Shown here in pieces: positions 9,054 through 17,347 of a stretch of 64,000 nt of DNA (position 1 is the stretch's first letter; each line of letters opens with the position of its first letter). Made by a program: the position numbers and the translations under genes. Origin of the DNA: Phototrophicaceae bacterium (lineage in GTDB: Bacteria; Chloroflexota; Anaerolineae; Aggregatilineales; Phototrophicaceae); NCBI GenBank assembly GCA_965207905.1, contig OZ242316.1:4163848-4227847 (forward strand), in the 5' to 3' direction. The notes beneath the pieces are model-generated. The model did no database searches and was not told the origin of the DNA. It saw nothing but the letters and a program-made list of their open reading frames with translations.

Positions 9054-9152
9054 CTACGACAGACGGTTGCTTTGAGGCAGCCAGGCATCAAGGCGAACTG
9101 AAGCGGCGCCTCTCATGCCGATGTGGATTTGAGCGAGTTTGTCGGGTTGCAT
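9054..9152 (-). pseudogene. Orphan 5-prime fragment copy of the amidohydrolase gene (direct repeat copy 2)
   Basis: The minus strand from ATG 9152 reads MQPDKLAQIHIGMRGAA..., against MTQTADKLAQIHIGKKGAA in the intact gene at 8430. It stops after 32 codons. Confidence 0.6.
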
Positions 9153-9205
9153 GGTTTGCCCCAGATTGCGCTAGCAGTCTCCGGATTACGAAACGCTCGT
9201 GTCAC

Positions 9206-10555
9206 TTAGCGACCCATTTTGCGGATTTCTTCTAGTTGCTCTTCGCCAAGCTCAAACCACCTGCCTTTTCGGCGCTGCTGACGGTAGCGCTTGTGCAGGA
9301 AGCTTTTGAAGGACTGAGCATGTGCCGCTCGAACTACGCATTTGAATCTAATTGGCATTGAGGAAGCACGCAACTCACGTGGGCTGTTCAACTTACGCGC
9401 GCGCCAACTGTATCTGGTCCAACGCTTGGGCTGTCGACTACTCCAGATCTTCCTGCGCTCACCGCACTGTACGCCTTGTACGCCTTGTACGACACAAATA
9501 TAGCCAGCGTCACCCTCCAAGCGAGGGTATTCGCGGAAGCCCTCTGTCGGCAAGGTCTCAAGCCCAAAATGCGTCTTAGGACCCACGTAGAGGCTGCCGT
9601 GAACAAAAGCCCCTTTAGCCGACTGCTTAAATTCTCCGAGCTCTTCCTGTGTCAGTTCAACCCATTCGGTTCCATTCTTGCGTTCTGACGGCGACAGTAG
9701 CGATTCCACTGCCTTTTTGATTTTGTCTACCTTCAAGATCAAGACGATCTCTAGCGGAAAACGAAGCGACGTTTCCAGAAATGCCGCCTCAATGGAATCC
9801 ACGGGATGATCGTCAAAAAAGATCTTGCTCCGCCGGGCATCGTTGTCTCGAATGATGCAAATGTATCCAGACTTGCCCTTCGCCTTTGGTAGGTCGCGGT
9901 AATTCTTGTCCAGAACGCTTTCCCACTCCCAATCCAATTCGGGAATAGTCGAAAAGTCATCGAATTCGGATTCAGGTTCAACAGGATCATCTACTTCGTC
10001 AGCTTGCGTTTGTTTGGACTGCACGTTGACAAACATTGTCTTTGCCAACGCCTTTGCATGTTTGAACAGCTGTTTCCCTAACTCGAGGATTTCTTCGCCG
10101 ACTGGCGCCATTCCAAGAGAGTCTCCTGTAACGGCAATTACTAGCGCGGCGATAACAGATATCTCACGGCTCCTACGCTGATTTAGGGTGAACCACTGGC
10201 CTCTTCTAGTGCCCCTTGCGTAAGCTTTCCGCAGCTTTTTCTCCAAGGCACTTGCGTCCTTCGCCGGAATGATTAATACAAAATCCTGAGACTCTCCCAT
10301 ATGTGAGCGCAGTTGACTATCACGCCAGGGTGGTCTAGCGCGGTAGCCAGACTTGAATCGCTCGCCATTTGACTTATCTTTGATTACATAGACAAAACCT
10401 GCGTTGCCAGACTGTTCGGGCCTGTTGTTGCTGTCAGCATTTGCCAATGAACCATCAAATTGTCTTAGAATTTCAAGGATAAAGCGGATTGCTGGAAAGT
10501 GAATGCGCGCCTCGTTGGCGATTGCGACAGCTTGTAAGAATGCTCTCCAATTCAT
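9206..10555 (-). CDS. Hypothetical protein with three tandem GIY-YIG-superfamily (T5orf172/MUG113-like) modules
   Basis: 449 aa. Three segments each begin G[FY][VI][YC][VI][IV] and end in a basic stretch plus (Q/E/R)W(F/V)(T/E)L. They are aa 53-126 (GFVYVIKDK...RGQWFTL), 230-305 (GYICIIRDN...GTEWVEL) and 351-440 (GYICVVQGV...KGRWFEL). Confidence 0.45.
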   Translation of the reverse strand: MNWRAFLQAVAIANEARIHFPAIRFILEILRQFDGSLANADSNNRPEQSGNAGFVYVIKDKSNGERFKSGYRARPPWRDSQLRSHMGESQDFVLIIPAKDASALEKKLRKAYARGTRRGQWFTLNQRRSREISVIAALVIAVTGDSLGMAPVGEEILELGKQLFKHAKALAKTMFVNVQSKQTQADEVDDPVEPESEFDDFSTIPELDWEWESVLDKNYRDLPKAKGKSGYICIIRDNDARRSKIFFDDHPVDSIEAAFLETSLRFPLEIVLILKVDKIKKAVESLLSPSERKNGTEWVELTQEELGEFKQSAKGAFVHGSLYVGPKTHFGLETLPTEGFREYPRLEGDAGYICVVQGVQGVQCGERRKIWSSRQPKRWTRYSWRARKLNSPRELRASSMPIRFKCVVRAAHAQSFKSFLHKRYRQQRRKGRWFELGEEQLEEIRKMGR

Positions 10556-10622
10556 CAGCTCCCCTCAGCTTACGACCAATACGCGCCTTCGAAATATGTT
10601 ATGCACTGACTTGGTTCTGGGA

Positions 10623-11624
10623 TTACCCCGGCCGCAGCTCGCCCAGCGACCGCTCGCCTTGCTGAATGTAGCCCGCCACCGGGCTCTCAATGCGTCCGTA
10701 GGCATTCCAGATTTTGAAGCCCAGAAGCGCCAGCAAGTCGTCGTCCGCTTCCGCCACTACCTCGGGCGCGGTGGCCATGGTGAAGTTGACCTGTGTGCGG
10801 AATTGCGGCGCCACAAAAGTCGTCAGCACACCCAGCCGCTGCTGATCGCTGACGTTGGCGCCGGTGCCGTGCCAGATGCGCCCGTCGAAGAGCATGGCGC
10901 TGCCGGCCACGCCTTCTGCCGGAATGCTGACCACATCCTTGTCGCGCTCGGCATCGGGGCGGCGGCCGTAGAGGTGGCTGCGCGGCACGATGCGGGTGGC
11001 GCCGATTTTCTCCGTGAAGTCGTTGAGCATCCACATGACGTTGACGACCACAGGCGGCGCGATCATGGGCGGGTGGTCATCGACGCGGTTGCTTAGCTCG
11101 CGCGTCAGTGAGCCGGCCGGCACCGGATTGGGGTTGCGATGGATCGGCTCGGGCATCCACCACTGGTCGGTGTGCAGGTTCATGGCGATGCCGCCCGGCT
11201 TGGCAATGTTGGCGCCGTAGCTGGAGAGCAGATAATCCGCGCCTAATACGTGCCCGACGACCGCGCGCATGGTCTTCTGCGCCAGCAGTTCGCGCCAGAT
11301 CGCGCCCTTGTTGATCAGCATCCAGACGCGCTGGTTGACGCCGCCGGCTTTGGCGGAGAAAGCCTCGCGCCGGACGCGCCCCTCGTCGTCGGTGAATTGG
11401 CCCCACTGTTGTTTGGCGCCGCCGTCTTCAAAGGCGTTGCCGCCTTCAAGTTCCGCCTGCGCCTGTTCCATCAAGCGTTGCTTTGCCGCGGAAAGCTGGT
11501 CGGGGGTGATCGCGTTTTTCATCAGGCAGTAGCCGAATTCGTCGATGTTGGATTGCAAGGTGGCGACGTCGGTCGTCGGTTGTGGTAGTTCTTCGTGTGT
11601 CCAGTTGAACATAGAGTATTGCAC
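10623..11624 (-). CDS. Phytanoyl-CoA dioxygenase (PhyH) family Fe(II)/2-oxoglutarate oxygenase
   Basis: 333 aa with an HxD motif (NLHTDQWW) and a distal His (DGRIWHGTGAN). Confidence 0.8.
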   Translation of the reverse strand: MQYSMFNWTHEELPQPTTDVATLQSNIDEFGYCLMKNAITPDQLSAAKQRLMEQAQAELEGGNAFEDGGAKQQWGQFTDDEGRVRREAFSAKAGGVNQRVWMLINKGAIWRELLAQKTMRAVVGHVLGADYLLSSYGANIAKPGGIAMNLHTDQWWMPEPIHRNPNPVPAGSLTRELSNRVDDHPPMIAPPVVVNVMWMLNDFTEKIGATRIVPRSHLYGRRPDAERDKDVVSIPAEGVAGSAMLFDGRIWHGTGANVSDQQRLGVLTTFVAPQFRTQVNFTMATAPEVVAEADDDLLALLGFKIWNAYGRIESPVAGYIQQGERSLGELRPG

Positions 11625-11772
11625 CTCTCATGATGATATCTGTTGCAGAGTAGACATTTCGACGTATAGGCTGAGAGAATACTCTCTATCCGCTAGCGTC
11701 GCAATCACGCAAATGAGAAATGTAGAATCGGAATTAAGCGCGAGCCGCCGAGCGAGGACAATATTTGAAGAA

Positions 11773-12108
11773 TCAGCGCAAAATCGAACGAATCACTTTG
11801 AGCGCTTCAGTAACAACATCGTCAGGCGCATTCACTATAAACTCAATGTTGCGCGTTCTCCAATCAAGAGACTTAACCTGATGAGTTAGAATCACGCCCT
11901 TCACGCGCAAATCATCTGGCAATGGAATTTCAAATCGATATCGCTTGGCGCGGCTTGTGATTGGACATACCAGCGCCAATCCCATCCGGTGGTTGAACGA
12001 TGTGGGAGAGACAATTAGCGCTGGCCGATGCCCCGCTTGCTCGTGCCCGGATTGGGGATCAAAGTTCATCCAAGCGATATCACCGCGCTTGGGAATATAA
12101 TTCACCAC
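11773..12108 (-). CDS. mazF: Type II toxin MazF/PemK family endoribonuclease
   Basis: 111 aa. IPKRGDIAWMNFDPQSGHEQAGHRPALIVSP...LALVCPITS is the canonical MazF/PemK pattern. It overlaps the upstream antitoxin gene by 7 nt. Confidence 0.9.
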   Translation of the reverse strand: MVNYIPKRGDIAWMNFDPQSGHEQAGHRPALIVSPTSFNHRMGLALVCPITSRAKRYRFEIPLPDDLRVKGVILTHQVKSLDWRTRNIEFIVNAPDDVVTEALKVIRSILR

Positions 12109-12350
12109 CAGACCTCTTTACCGACGGCCGGTCCTACGTCCCATTCCTCCGGCTCATAGTCGTCCGGGACGCTTGCCAGGAGCTCGTCCAGGTCGTAATG
12201 GTCCTCTTCTACGGGAACAATCCGCAGTTCTCCATCCACGGACATAATTTCTACCTTTGTGCCCAATTCCAGTCCAACTTCTACAGCCAACGCCTTCGGT
12301 ATACGCACGGCTCGACTATTGCCCCATTTCTGTATCGTCGTTAACATCAT
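12102..12350 (-). CDS. mazE: Type II antitoxin MazE (AbrB/SpoVT fold)
   Basis: 82 aa with IQKWGNSRAVRIPKALAVEVGL and a C-terminal acidic tail ending GKEVWW. Confidence 0.9.
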   Translation of the reverse strand: MMLTTIQKWGNSRAVRIPKALAVEVGLELGTKVEIMSVDGELRIVPVEEDHYDLDELLASVPDDYEPEEWDVGPAVGKEVWW

Positions 12351-12436
12351 TCACACTCCGTGTCTAAAGCGAAGTTTAATTCTACAATTTGTCTGCCTTG
12401 CTTTTCTAGCTCATGACAGCCGACTTTGCTCAGCGA

Positions 12437-12682
12437 TCACCAAACCTCATTGCCGACAGGAGGACCGAGGCCCCAGTCTTCCGGCTCAAAATCATCCGGT
12501 ACACTCTCCAGCATTTTATCCAAATCATAGCGCTTTTGCTTACGAGCGCGCTTGATGCGGATTTCCCCGTCCACCAATTGCATATCCACCGCTTGCCCAA
12601 AGTCGAGCCCTGCTTCTTCAGCCAGGGCTTTTGGGATGCGCAACGCTCGGCTGTTGCCCCATTTAGTAACCTTGGTTAACAT
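12437..12682 (-). CDS. Orphan MazE-like AbrB-fold antitoxin (no adjacent toxin)
   Basis: The ORF track gives 12437-12721; the likely start is MLTKVTKWGNSRALRIPKALAEEAGL at 12682. It ends PPVGNEVW like the cognate MazE. Confidence 0.8.
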   Translation of the reverse strand: MLTKVTKWGNSRALRIPKALAEEAGLDFGQAVDMQLVDGEIRIKRARKQKRYDLDKMLESVPDDFEPEDWGLGPPVGNEVW

Positions 12683-12695
12683 GATAGCTTCCGTT

Positions 12696-12708
12696 TCTAC
12701 ATTGTAGA
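12696..12708. promoter_or_regulatory. 13-bp palindrome TCTACATTGTAGA upstream of orphan mazE copy 2 (putative operator overlapping a TACAAT -10)
   Basis: It has perfect 6-bp arms. The 21-bp box atgtatctacaatgKagaaac is shared with copy 3 (13076-13088 region), and a TTCTACAAT half-site also lies upstream of mazE at about 12380. Confidence 0.4.
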
Positions 12709-12789
12709 TACATACTAACACGGACAGATGTCATTTACAAATTTTGGCGTCTTTTGCCGACTGATAGATGATTGAACGTAGTTCGTGCA

Positions 12790-13059
12790 TTAAGGTTGTG
12801 ATCTGGTATATAGGCCACTACCAGACCTCGTTGCCAATAGGTGGACCCCAGTCAATTTTCCGTGCCGATTTTCCGGCGTAATTTGAGCGACCAGTTCCTC
12901 AAGCGTATAGTGAGGTTTATGCTGATGAACGACGTGCAAGCGCCCATCCTCTGCGCGAAGTTCAACCTCGATGCCGACTTCGAGCCCGGCTTCTTCCGCC
13001 AATGCCTTCGGGATACGCACTGCCAGGCTGCTTCCCCATTTCTGAACTTTAACTAGCAT
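12790..13059 (-). CDS. Third MazE-like antitoxin copy with a frameshifted C-terminus
   Basis: The likely start is MLVKVQKWGSSLAVRIPKALAEEAGL (13059). After ...ENRHG the frame reads KLTGVHLLATRSG..., while the neighbouring frame encodes KIDWGPPIGNEVW-stop (stop at 12828-12830). That second reading is the family-typical tail, so a 1-nt indel near 12855-12860 is implied. Confidence 0.6.
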   Translation of the reverse strand: MLVKVQKWGSSLAVRIPKALAEEAGLEVGIEVELRAEDGRLHVVHQHKPHYTLEELVAQITPENRHGKLTGVHLLATRSGSGLYTRSQP

Positions 13060-13075
13060 TTCAACCCTCGATGTT

Positions 13076-13088
13076 TCTCCATTGTAGA
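13076..13088. promoter_or_regulatory. Near-palindrome TCTCCATTGTAGA upstream of mazE copy 3 (same box as 12696-12708)
   Basis: It has one arm mismatch relative to the copy-2 palindrome and sits at the same distance from the start codon. Confidence 0.35.
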
Positions 13089-13221
13089 TACATGCTACCA
13101 TTGCTTTATCTTGCGCTGCAGAATAATGTGTCGCGCTCAGCGACAGTTGCTCGCGACCGGGCAATATATACGCTAAAATAGATTCATATTGTAAATACTT
13201 ATTGCTAGCGAGGCCCTAGAG

Positions 13222-14040
13222 ATGACCGTACCCGCCACAAGCAAATCCGAATTCGCCGAGCAAGGCTATACGCTCGCGCGTGGACTTTTCTCCTCACATG
13301 AGGTCGAGGCCCTGCGAGCGCATTTCCACCGCGTCAACCGCGACCATCATCGCGCTTCCGACAATATCACTGACGCCAGCGACCCGCTCGCGCGCTATCC
13401 GCGTGTCATGCAGCCGCACCGTTGGGACGAAACCAGCTTGAATTGGATGATCGATCCGCGGCTTAACCAATGGATGAGGGCAATCCTGGGCTGCGAACCC
13501 TACGCCGTCCAGACCATGTTCTATTTCAAGCCGCCCGGCGCGCGCGGACAAGCTCTGCATCAAGACCAGTTCTATCTGCGCGTCGACCCCGGCACCTGCG
13601 TCGCCGCCTGGCTGGCAATCGACCGCTGTGAAGAAGCCAACGGCTGTTTGCGCATCGTGCCCGGGACGCACGATATACCGGTGCTGTGTACGATGGATGC
13701 CGATACCGAAGTTAGCTTCACCGCCGATACGGTGGAACTGCCGCCCGGCTACGAACCGATTCCGCTGATTATGGAGCCGGGTGATGTGCTCTTCTTCAAC
13801 GGGCAGCTTGTACATGGCAGCTACCCCAACAGCACTGCCGACCGCTTCCGCCGCGCCATGATCGGCCACTACATCGTCGGAGAAGCCGAGGCGGTGGCCG
13901 AATGGTATCACCCGGTTCTGCGCATGGATGGCAGCGAAATTGACTTCGGCGTCAGCGAGCAGGGCGGGCCCTGTGGCGTCTGGGTCGAGCGCGATGGCGA
14001 GCAAGTCGCCGTCCTCGAAGGCCTGGAGACACGTCAATAG
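13222..14040 (+). CDS. Phytanoyl-CoA dioxygenase (PhyH) family oxygenase
   Basis: 272 aa with HQDQFY (HxD) and NGQLVHGSYPN motifs. Confidence 0.8.
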   Translation: MTVPATSKSEFAEQGYTLARGLFSSHEVEALRAHFHRVNRDHHRASDNITDASDPLARYPRVMQPHRWDETSLNWMIDPRLNQWMRAILGCEPYAVQTMFYFKPPGARGQALHQDQFYLRVDPGTCVAAWLAIDRCEEANGCLRIVPGTHDIPVLCTMDADTEVSFTADTVELPPGYEPIPLIMEPGDVLFFNGQLVHGSYPNSTADRFRRAMIGHYIVGEAEAVAEWYHPVLRMDGSEIDFGVSEQGGPCGVWVERDGEQVAVLEGLETRQ

Positions 14041-14219
14041 CACCGCTCCCGCCGACGCGCCAGAGCGATTGGCATCCCCAATACTACGACAATCGGCGCG
14101 CCTCTGATTGTCGGCGATTTTCTGCCCTCTAAATTGGATTAGCCTTTTGTCTTCGCATTGGATACAATCCCGCGCATTGTATTTTTGTACGCCTTTTACG
14201 AGACCTTAAGAGAGTTGAT

Positions 14220-15215
14220 ATGAGTACCAGAACTGCCTTGATCGGTGCGGGCGGCATGGCGCGTTACCATCTGCCTTTGATGGTCGAAACCGGCGCCGAT
14301 ATCCGCGTCATCTGCGAGCCTTCTTCGAACAACTACGAGCTGGCGCTGGCCTGGCTGGAGGAGCTGGGCGGGCCATCCCCACCTAACGAGCCGGTGCTGG
14401 CGGAACTGCTGGAAAAGCACGCCTCTGAGCTGGATGCCGCCTTCATCATCACGCCGCACAATCTGCATCACGACCATGCCAAGATGTGCATGGAGGCGGG
14501 CTTGGATGTGCTGCTGGAAAAGCCCATGGTGATGAACGCCGCCGAAGCGCTCAGCCTGATGGAAACGCGAGACCGCACTGGCCGTCATTTAGTAGTGGCC
14601 TTTCAAGGCGGCCTGTCGCCACAGATCCGCCATGCCGCGGAGTTGATCGCTTCCGGCGAACTGGGCGAATTGCAGACGGTGACCGGCATGGTCTGGCAGG
14701 GCTGGAAGGACCTGACCGGCGGCACCTGGCGGCAAATCCCCGAGACCGCGGGCGGCGGCTTCCTCTTCGATTCCGGCGCGCACATGATGAATACCGTCTG
14801 CACGCTCGTAGGCGAGGACTTCGCGAGCGTGGCCGCCTGGACGGACAATCGCGGTACGCCGGTTGATATCAATGGCGTGGTGATGGGCCGGCTGGGTTCG
14901 GGCGCGCTGGTCACGCTGAACGGCTGCGGCGATTGCATCCCCGGCCTGGAGAACGAGATATTCGTCAACTTGACCGGCGGCGTTATCCGTACCGGCATTT
15001 ACGGCGAGCGCTTGTTCGTCCGCCGCGCTGGCGAGGCCGAAGCGACAGAAGCCGAATTACCCAAGATGCGCGGCGCCTGGCAGCAGTTCACGCAGGTGCG
15101 CGCCGGCGAGATCGAGAATCCCTGCCCGCCGGAGGTGGGTTTGCGCATGGCCCGGCTCTGGGACGCCATCGTCCTATCGGCGAGCAAAGACGGGCAGCCG
15201 GTCAGCTGCGCATAG
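14220..15215 (+). CDS. Gfo/Idh/MocA family oxidoreductase
   Basis: 331 aa with TALIGAGGMARYH and ITPHNLHHDHAKMCMEAGLDVLLEKP. Confidence 0.85.
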   Translation: MSTRTALIGAGGMARYHLPLMVETGADIRVICEPSSNNYELALAWLEELGGPSPPNEPVLAELLEKHASELDAAFIITPHNLHHDHAKMCMEAGLDVLLEKPMVMNAAEALSLMETRDRTGRHLVVAFQGGLSPQIRHAAELIASGELGELQTVTGMVWQGWKDLTGGTWRQIPETAGGGFLFDSGAHMMNTVCTLVGEDFASVAAWTDNRGTPVDINGVVMGRLGSGALVTLNGCGDCIPGLENEIFVNLTGGVIRTGIYGERLFVRRAGEAEATEAELPKMRGAWQQFTQVRAGEIENPCPPEVGLRMARLWDAIVLSASKDGQPVSCA

Positions 15216-15295
15216 TCAAAACGAGCGCCGTGAGTAAAATGCTGGCGTAACAATCAACCATCACTTCAACTGTCATTCAACATAGGAGAGTACGC

Positions 15296-16165
15296 ATGAA
15301 GACTGCAACTGGCAATTTCCCGCTGGGCTGGCGGCGGCGCAACTTCGCCTGGGAGCAAGACCTGGACGGCATGATCGCCTGGGCGCTGGAAAACGACCTG
15401 GAAGTCATCGACTTGGGGCGGGATGCCGATGAGATCACCAAGACGGTGGCGGACGCCGGGCTGCGCGTCGGCTCGGCTGACTTGACCGTCTGGACTGAAA
15501 TGATGTCGCCCGACGCGGGCGCGCGCCGTGATGCCGTGGCGCGCAATGCCGAGTACATCCGCGATTGCGCGGCCGTCGGCGCCAAGACCTTCTTCATCTG
15601 CATGGTCCCGGAAGACCCGTCCCGCAGCCGCGCCGAGAACTTCGGTTACATGGTCGAAAGCTACAGCGCGCTGCGCTCAGCCTTTGAAGACAACGACGCC
15701 TATCTGGTGATCGAAGGCTGGCCGGGGCCGGGCTCCCTGGTCTGCACCCCGGAGACCTACCGCGCCTTCATCGAGCAGGTGGGCTCGCCCAATATGGGCG
15801 TCAACTACGACCCGTCTCATCTGGTGCGCATGGGCATCGACCCGATACGTTTTCTCAAGGAATTTGTCGGCCATGTCTTCCACGTCCACGGCAAGGACTG
15901 CATGATCATCGACGAAAACCTGTATCAATACGGCAACCTGCAAGAGGCGACCTTCGCCGCGCCCTACAAGTACGGCGGTATGAACTGGCGCTATACCATC
16001 CCGGGTCACGGCATTTCCGATTGGAAGATCATCCTCGGTATCCTGCAAGACAGCGGCTACGACGGCTGCGTCAGCATCGAGCTGGAAGATCACTACTATG
16101 ACGACACGGAATACGAGCAAAAACAGGGCATTTTGCAGGGCGTGAAATTCCTCGCCGGTTCATAA
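15296..16165 (+). CDS. Sugar phosphate isomerase/epimerase (xylose isomerase-like TIM barrel)
   Basis: 289 aa. YDPSHL, HVHGKD and SIELED are motifs typical of AP_endonuc_2 / TIM-barrel family proteins. Confidence 0.8.
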   Translation: MKTATGNFPLGWRRRNFAWEQDLDGMIAWALENDLEVIDLGRDADEITKTVADAGLRVGSADLTVWTEMMSPDAGARRDAVARNAEYIRDCAAVGAKTFFICMVPEDPSRSRAENFGYMVESYSALRSAFEDNDAYLVIEGWPGPGSLVCTPETYRAFIEQVGSPNMGVNYDPSHLVRMGIDPIRFLKEFVGHVFHVHGKDCMIIDENLYQYGNLQEATFAAPYKYGGMNWRYTIPGHGISDWKIILGILQDSGYDGCVSIELEDHYYDDTEYEQKQGILQGVKFLAGS

Positions 16166-16180
16166 TCCGGTCAAGTAATG

Positions 16181-16340
16181 CGTCGGGGCGAGCAGATGCT
16201 CGCCCGCAACCAACCCAAATAGTGTGTAAGGGCGAGCGGGAGGCTCAGCCACAACCAAGCCAAATAGTGCGAATGGGCGAGCAGGTGTCTCGCCCGCAAC
16301 CAAGCCAAATAGTGTGTAAGGGCGAGCCGGTGGCTCGCCC
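16181..16340. repeat. Array of four ~45-bp tandem units, each carrying a GGGCGAGC-loop-GCTCGCCC hairpin (REP-like)
   Basis: The hairpins are at 16186-16205, 16230-16250 (degenerate), 16275-16295 and 16320-16340. The inter-hairpin segment gcaaccaaSccaaatagtgNNNaWg is conserved while the loops differ. Solo hairpins of the same type lie at 17304-17324 and 49263-49282. Confidence 0.85.
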
Positions 16341-16364
16341 AAAGAAAAAAGAGGACTTCATACA

Positions 16365-17246
16365 ATGACCAAGGTAGCGGTAGTTGGTTTGGGAAATATG
16401 GGCTTGGGCATGGCGCGAAACTTGCTCAGCGCCGGGTTTGAAGTGACCGGCTTCGACCTGCGCCCTGAGCGCGCGCGGAAGCTGGCGGAACAGGGCGGCC
16501 AGGCGGCGGATTCGCTGGGCGACCTGGCGCATGCCGATGTCGTTTTCGTCATGGTCATGACCGGCGCGCAAGTCATGGATGTGGCGGGCGAATTGCGAGA
16601 TACGCTGCAAAGCGGCGCGACCGTCATCGTTACCGCCACCATCGAGCCGGCGGAGATGCGCGCGGTTGAAGCAGCGCTGACCGGGTCCGGGCTGCGCTTG
16701 ATCGACAGCCCGGTCAGCGGCGGCCAGTCCGGCGCTGAAGCCGGCACGTTGACGATGATGGTCGCGGCGCATGATGACGACTTCGCCGCCAATCAAGTTG
16801 CGCTCAATGCGGTCGGCGGGCAGATCTTCCACGTCGGCGACAGCATCGGCATGGGGCAGACGGTCAAGGCGGCCTTGCAAGCCTACATCGGCGTGACCTT
16901 CGTCGGCATCTTCGAATCGCTGGCGTTGGGCGCGGCCGCCGGCGTCAAAGGCGAGACGCTCTACAAGGTCTTCAGCAGCACGCACGTCGGCAATACGCCC
17001 TTCTTCAAGAGTTGCGCCGAGTTGATCATGGCGCGCAAGTTCGAGGACACCGGCAGTCACATCGCCACGATGGCCAAAGATCTGGGCATCAGCATGGCAA
17101 TGGCGCACGAGAAAGGCATGCCCCTCTTCGCCACCAGCGCCGCCAATGAGCTGTTCCAGGCCGGCATTTCACGCTTTCCCGAAGGCGACAACTGGGCCAT
17201 CGTCAAGCTGCTGGAAGGATTCTCCGGCGTGGAAGTGAAGTGGTAA
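16365..17246 (+). CDS. NAD(P)-dependent beta-hydroxyacid dehydrogenase (3-hydroxyisobutyrate dehydrogenase family)
   Basis: 293 aa with the N-terminal VAVVGLGNMGLGMARNLL dinucleotide fold. Confidence 0.85.
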   Translation: MTKVAVVGLGNMGLGMARNLLSAGFEVTGFDLRPERARKLAEQGGQAADSLGDLAHADVVFVMVMTGAQVMDVAGELRDTLQSGATVIVTATIEPAEMRAVEAALTGSGLRLIDSPVSGGQSGAEAGTLTMMVAAHDDDFAANQVALNAVGGQIFHVGDSIGMGQTVKAALQAYIGVTFVGIFESLALGAAAGVKGETLYKVFSSTHVGNTPFFKSCAELIMARKFEDTGSHIATMAKDLGISMAMAHEKGMPLFATSAANELFQAGISRFPEGDNWAIVKLLEGFSGVEVKW

Positions 17247-17303
17247 GGGGATTCAAAGGGCGCGCTACGTAGACTTCCGCTCTTCACACTCAACTAATCG
17301 TAG

Positions 17304-17330
17304 GGGCGACCCGGTGGGTCGCCCACTTTT
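17304..17330 (+). terminator. Candidate intrinsic terminator / REP-like hairpin
   Basis: A 9-bp GC stem gggcgaccc (17304-17312) pairs with gggtcgccc (17316-17324) across a 3-nt loop. ACTTTT follows, and it lies 58 nt after the stop at 17246. Confidence 0.45.
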
Positions 17331-17347
17331 CGAGGAACGGTCAAACT

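Noticed and set aside
16160-16365. Possible CRISPR array, and small ORFs (MGEPPARPYTLFGL..., 60-64 aa) in the 45-bp repeat region
   Set aside because: The inter-hairpin segments are conserved and only the loops vary, there are just four units, and no cas genes are present. The small ORFs are simply translations of the repeats.
16245-17108. 287-aa minus-strand ORF opposite the hydroxyacid dehydrogenase gene
   Set aside because: It is an antisense shadow ORF. The plus strand has the canonical GxGxxG dehydrogenase N-terminus.
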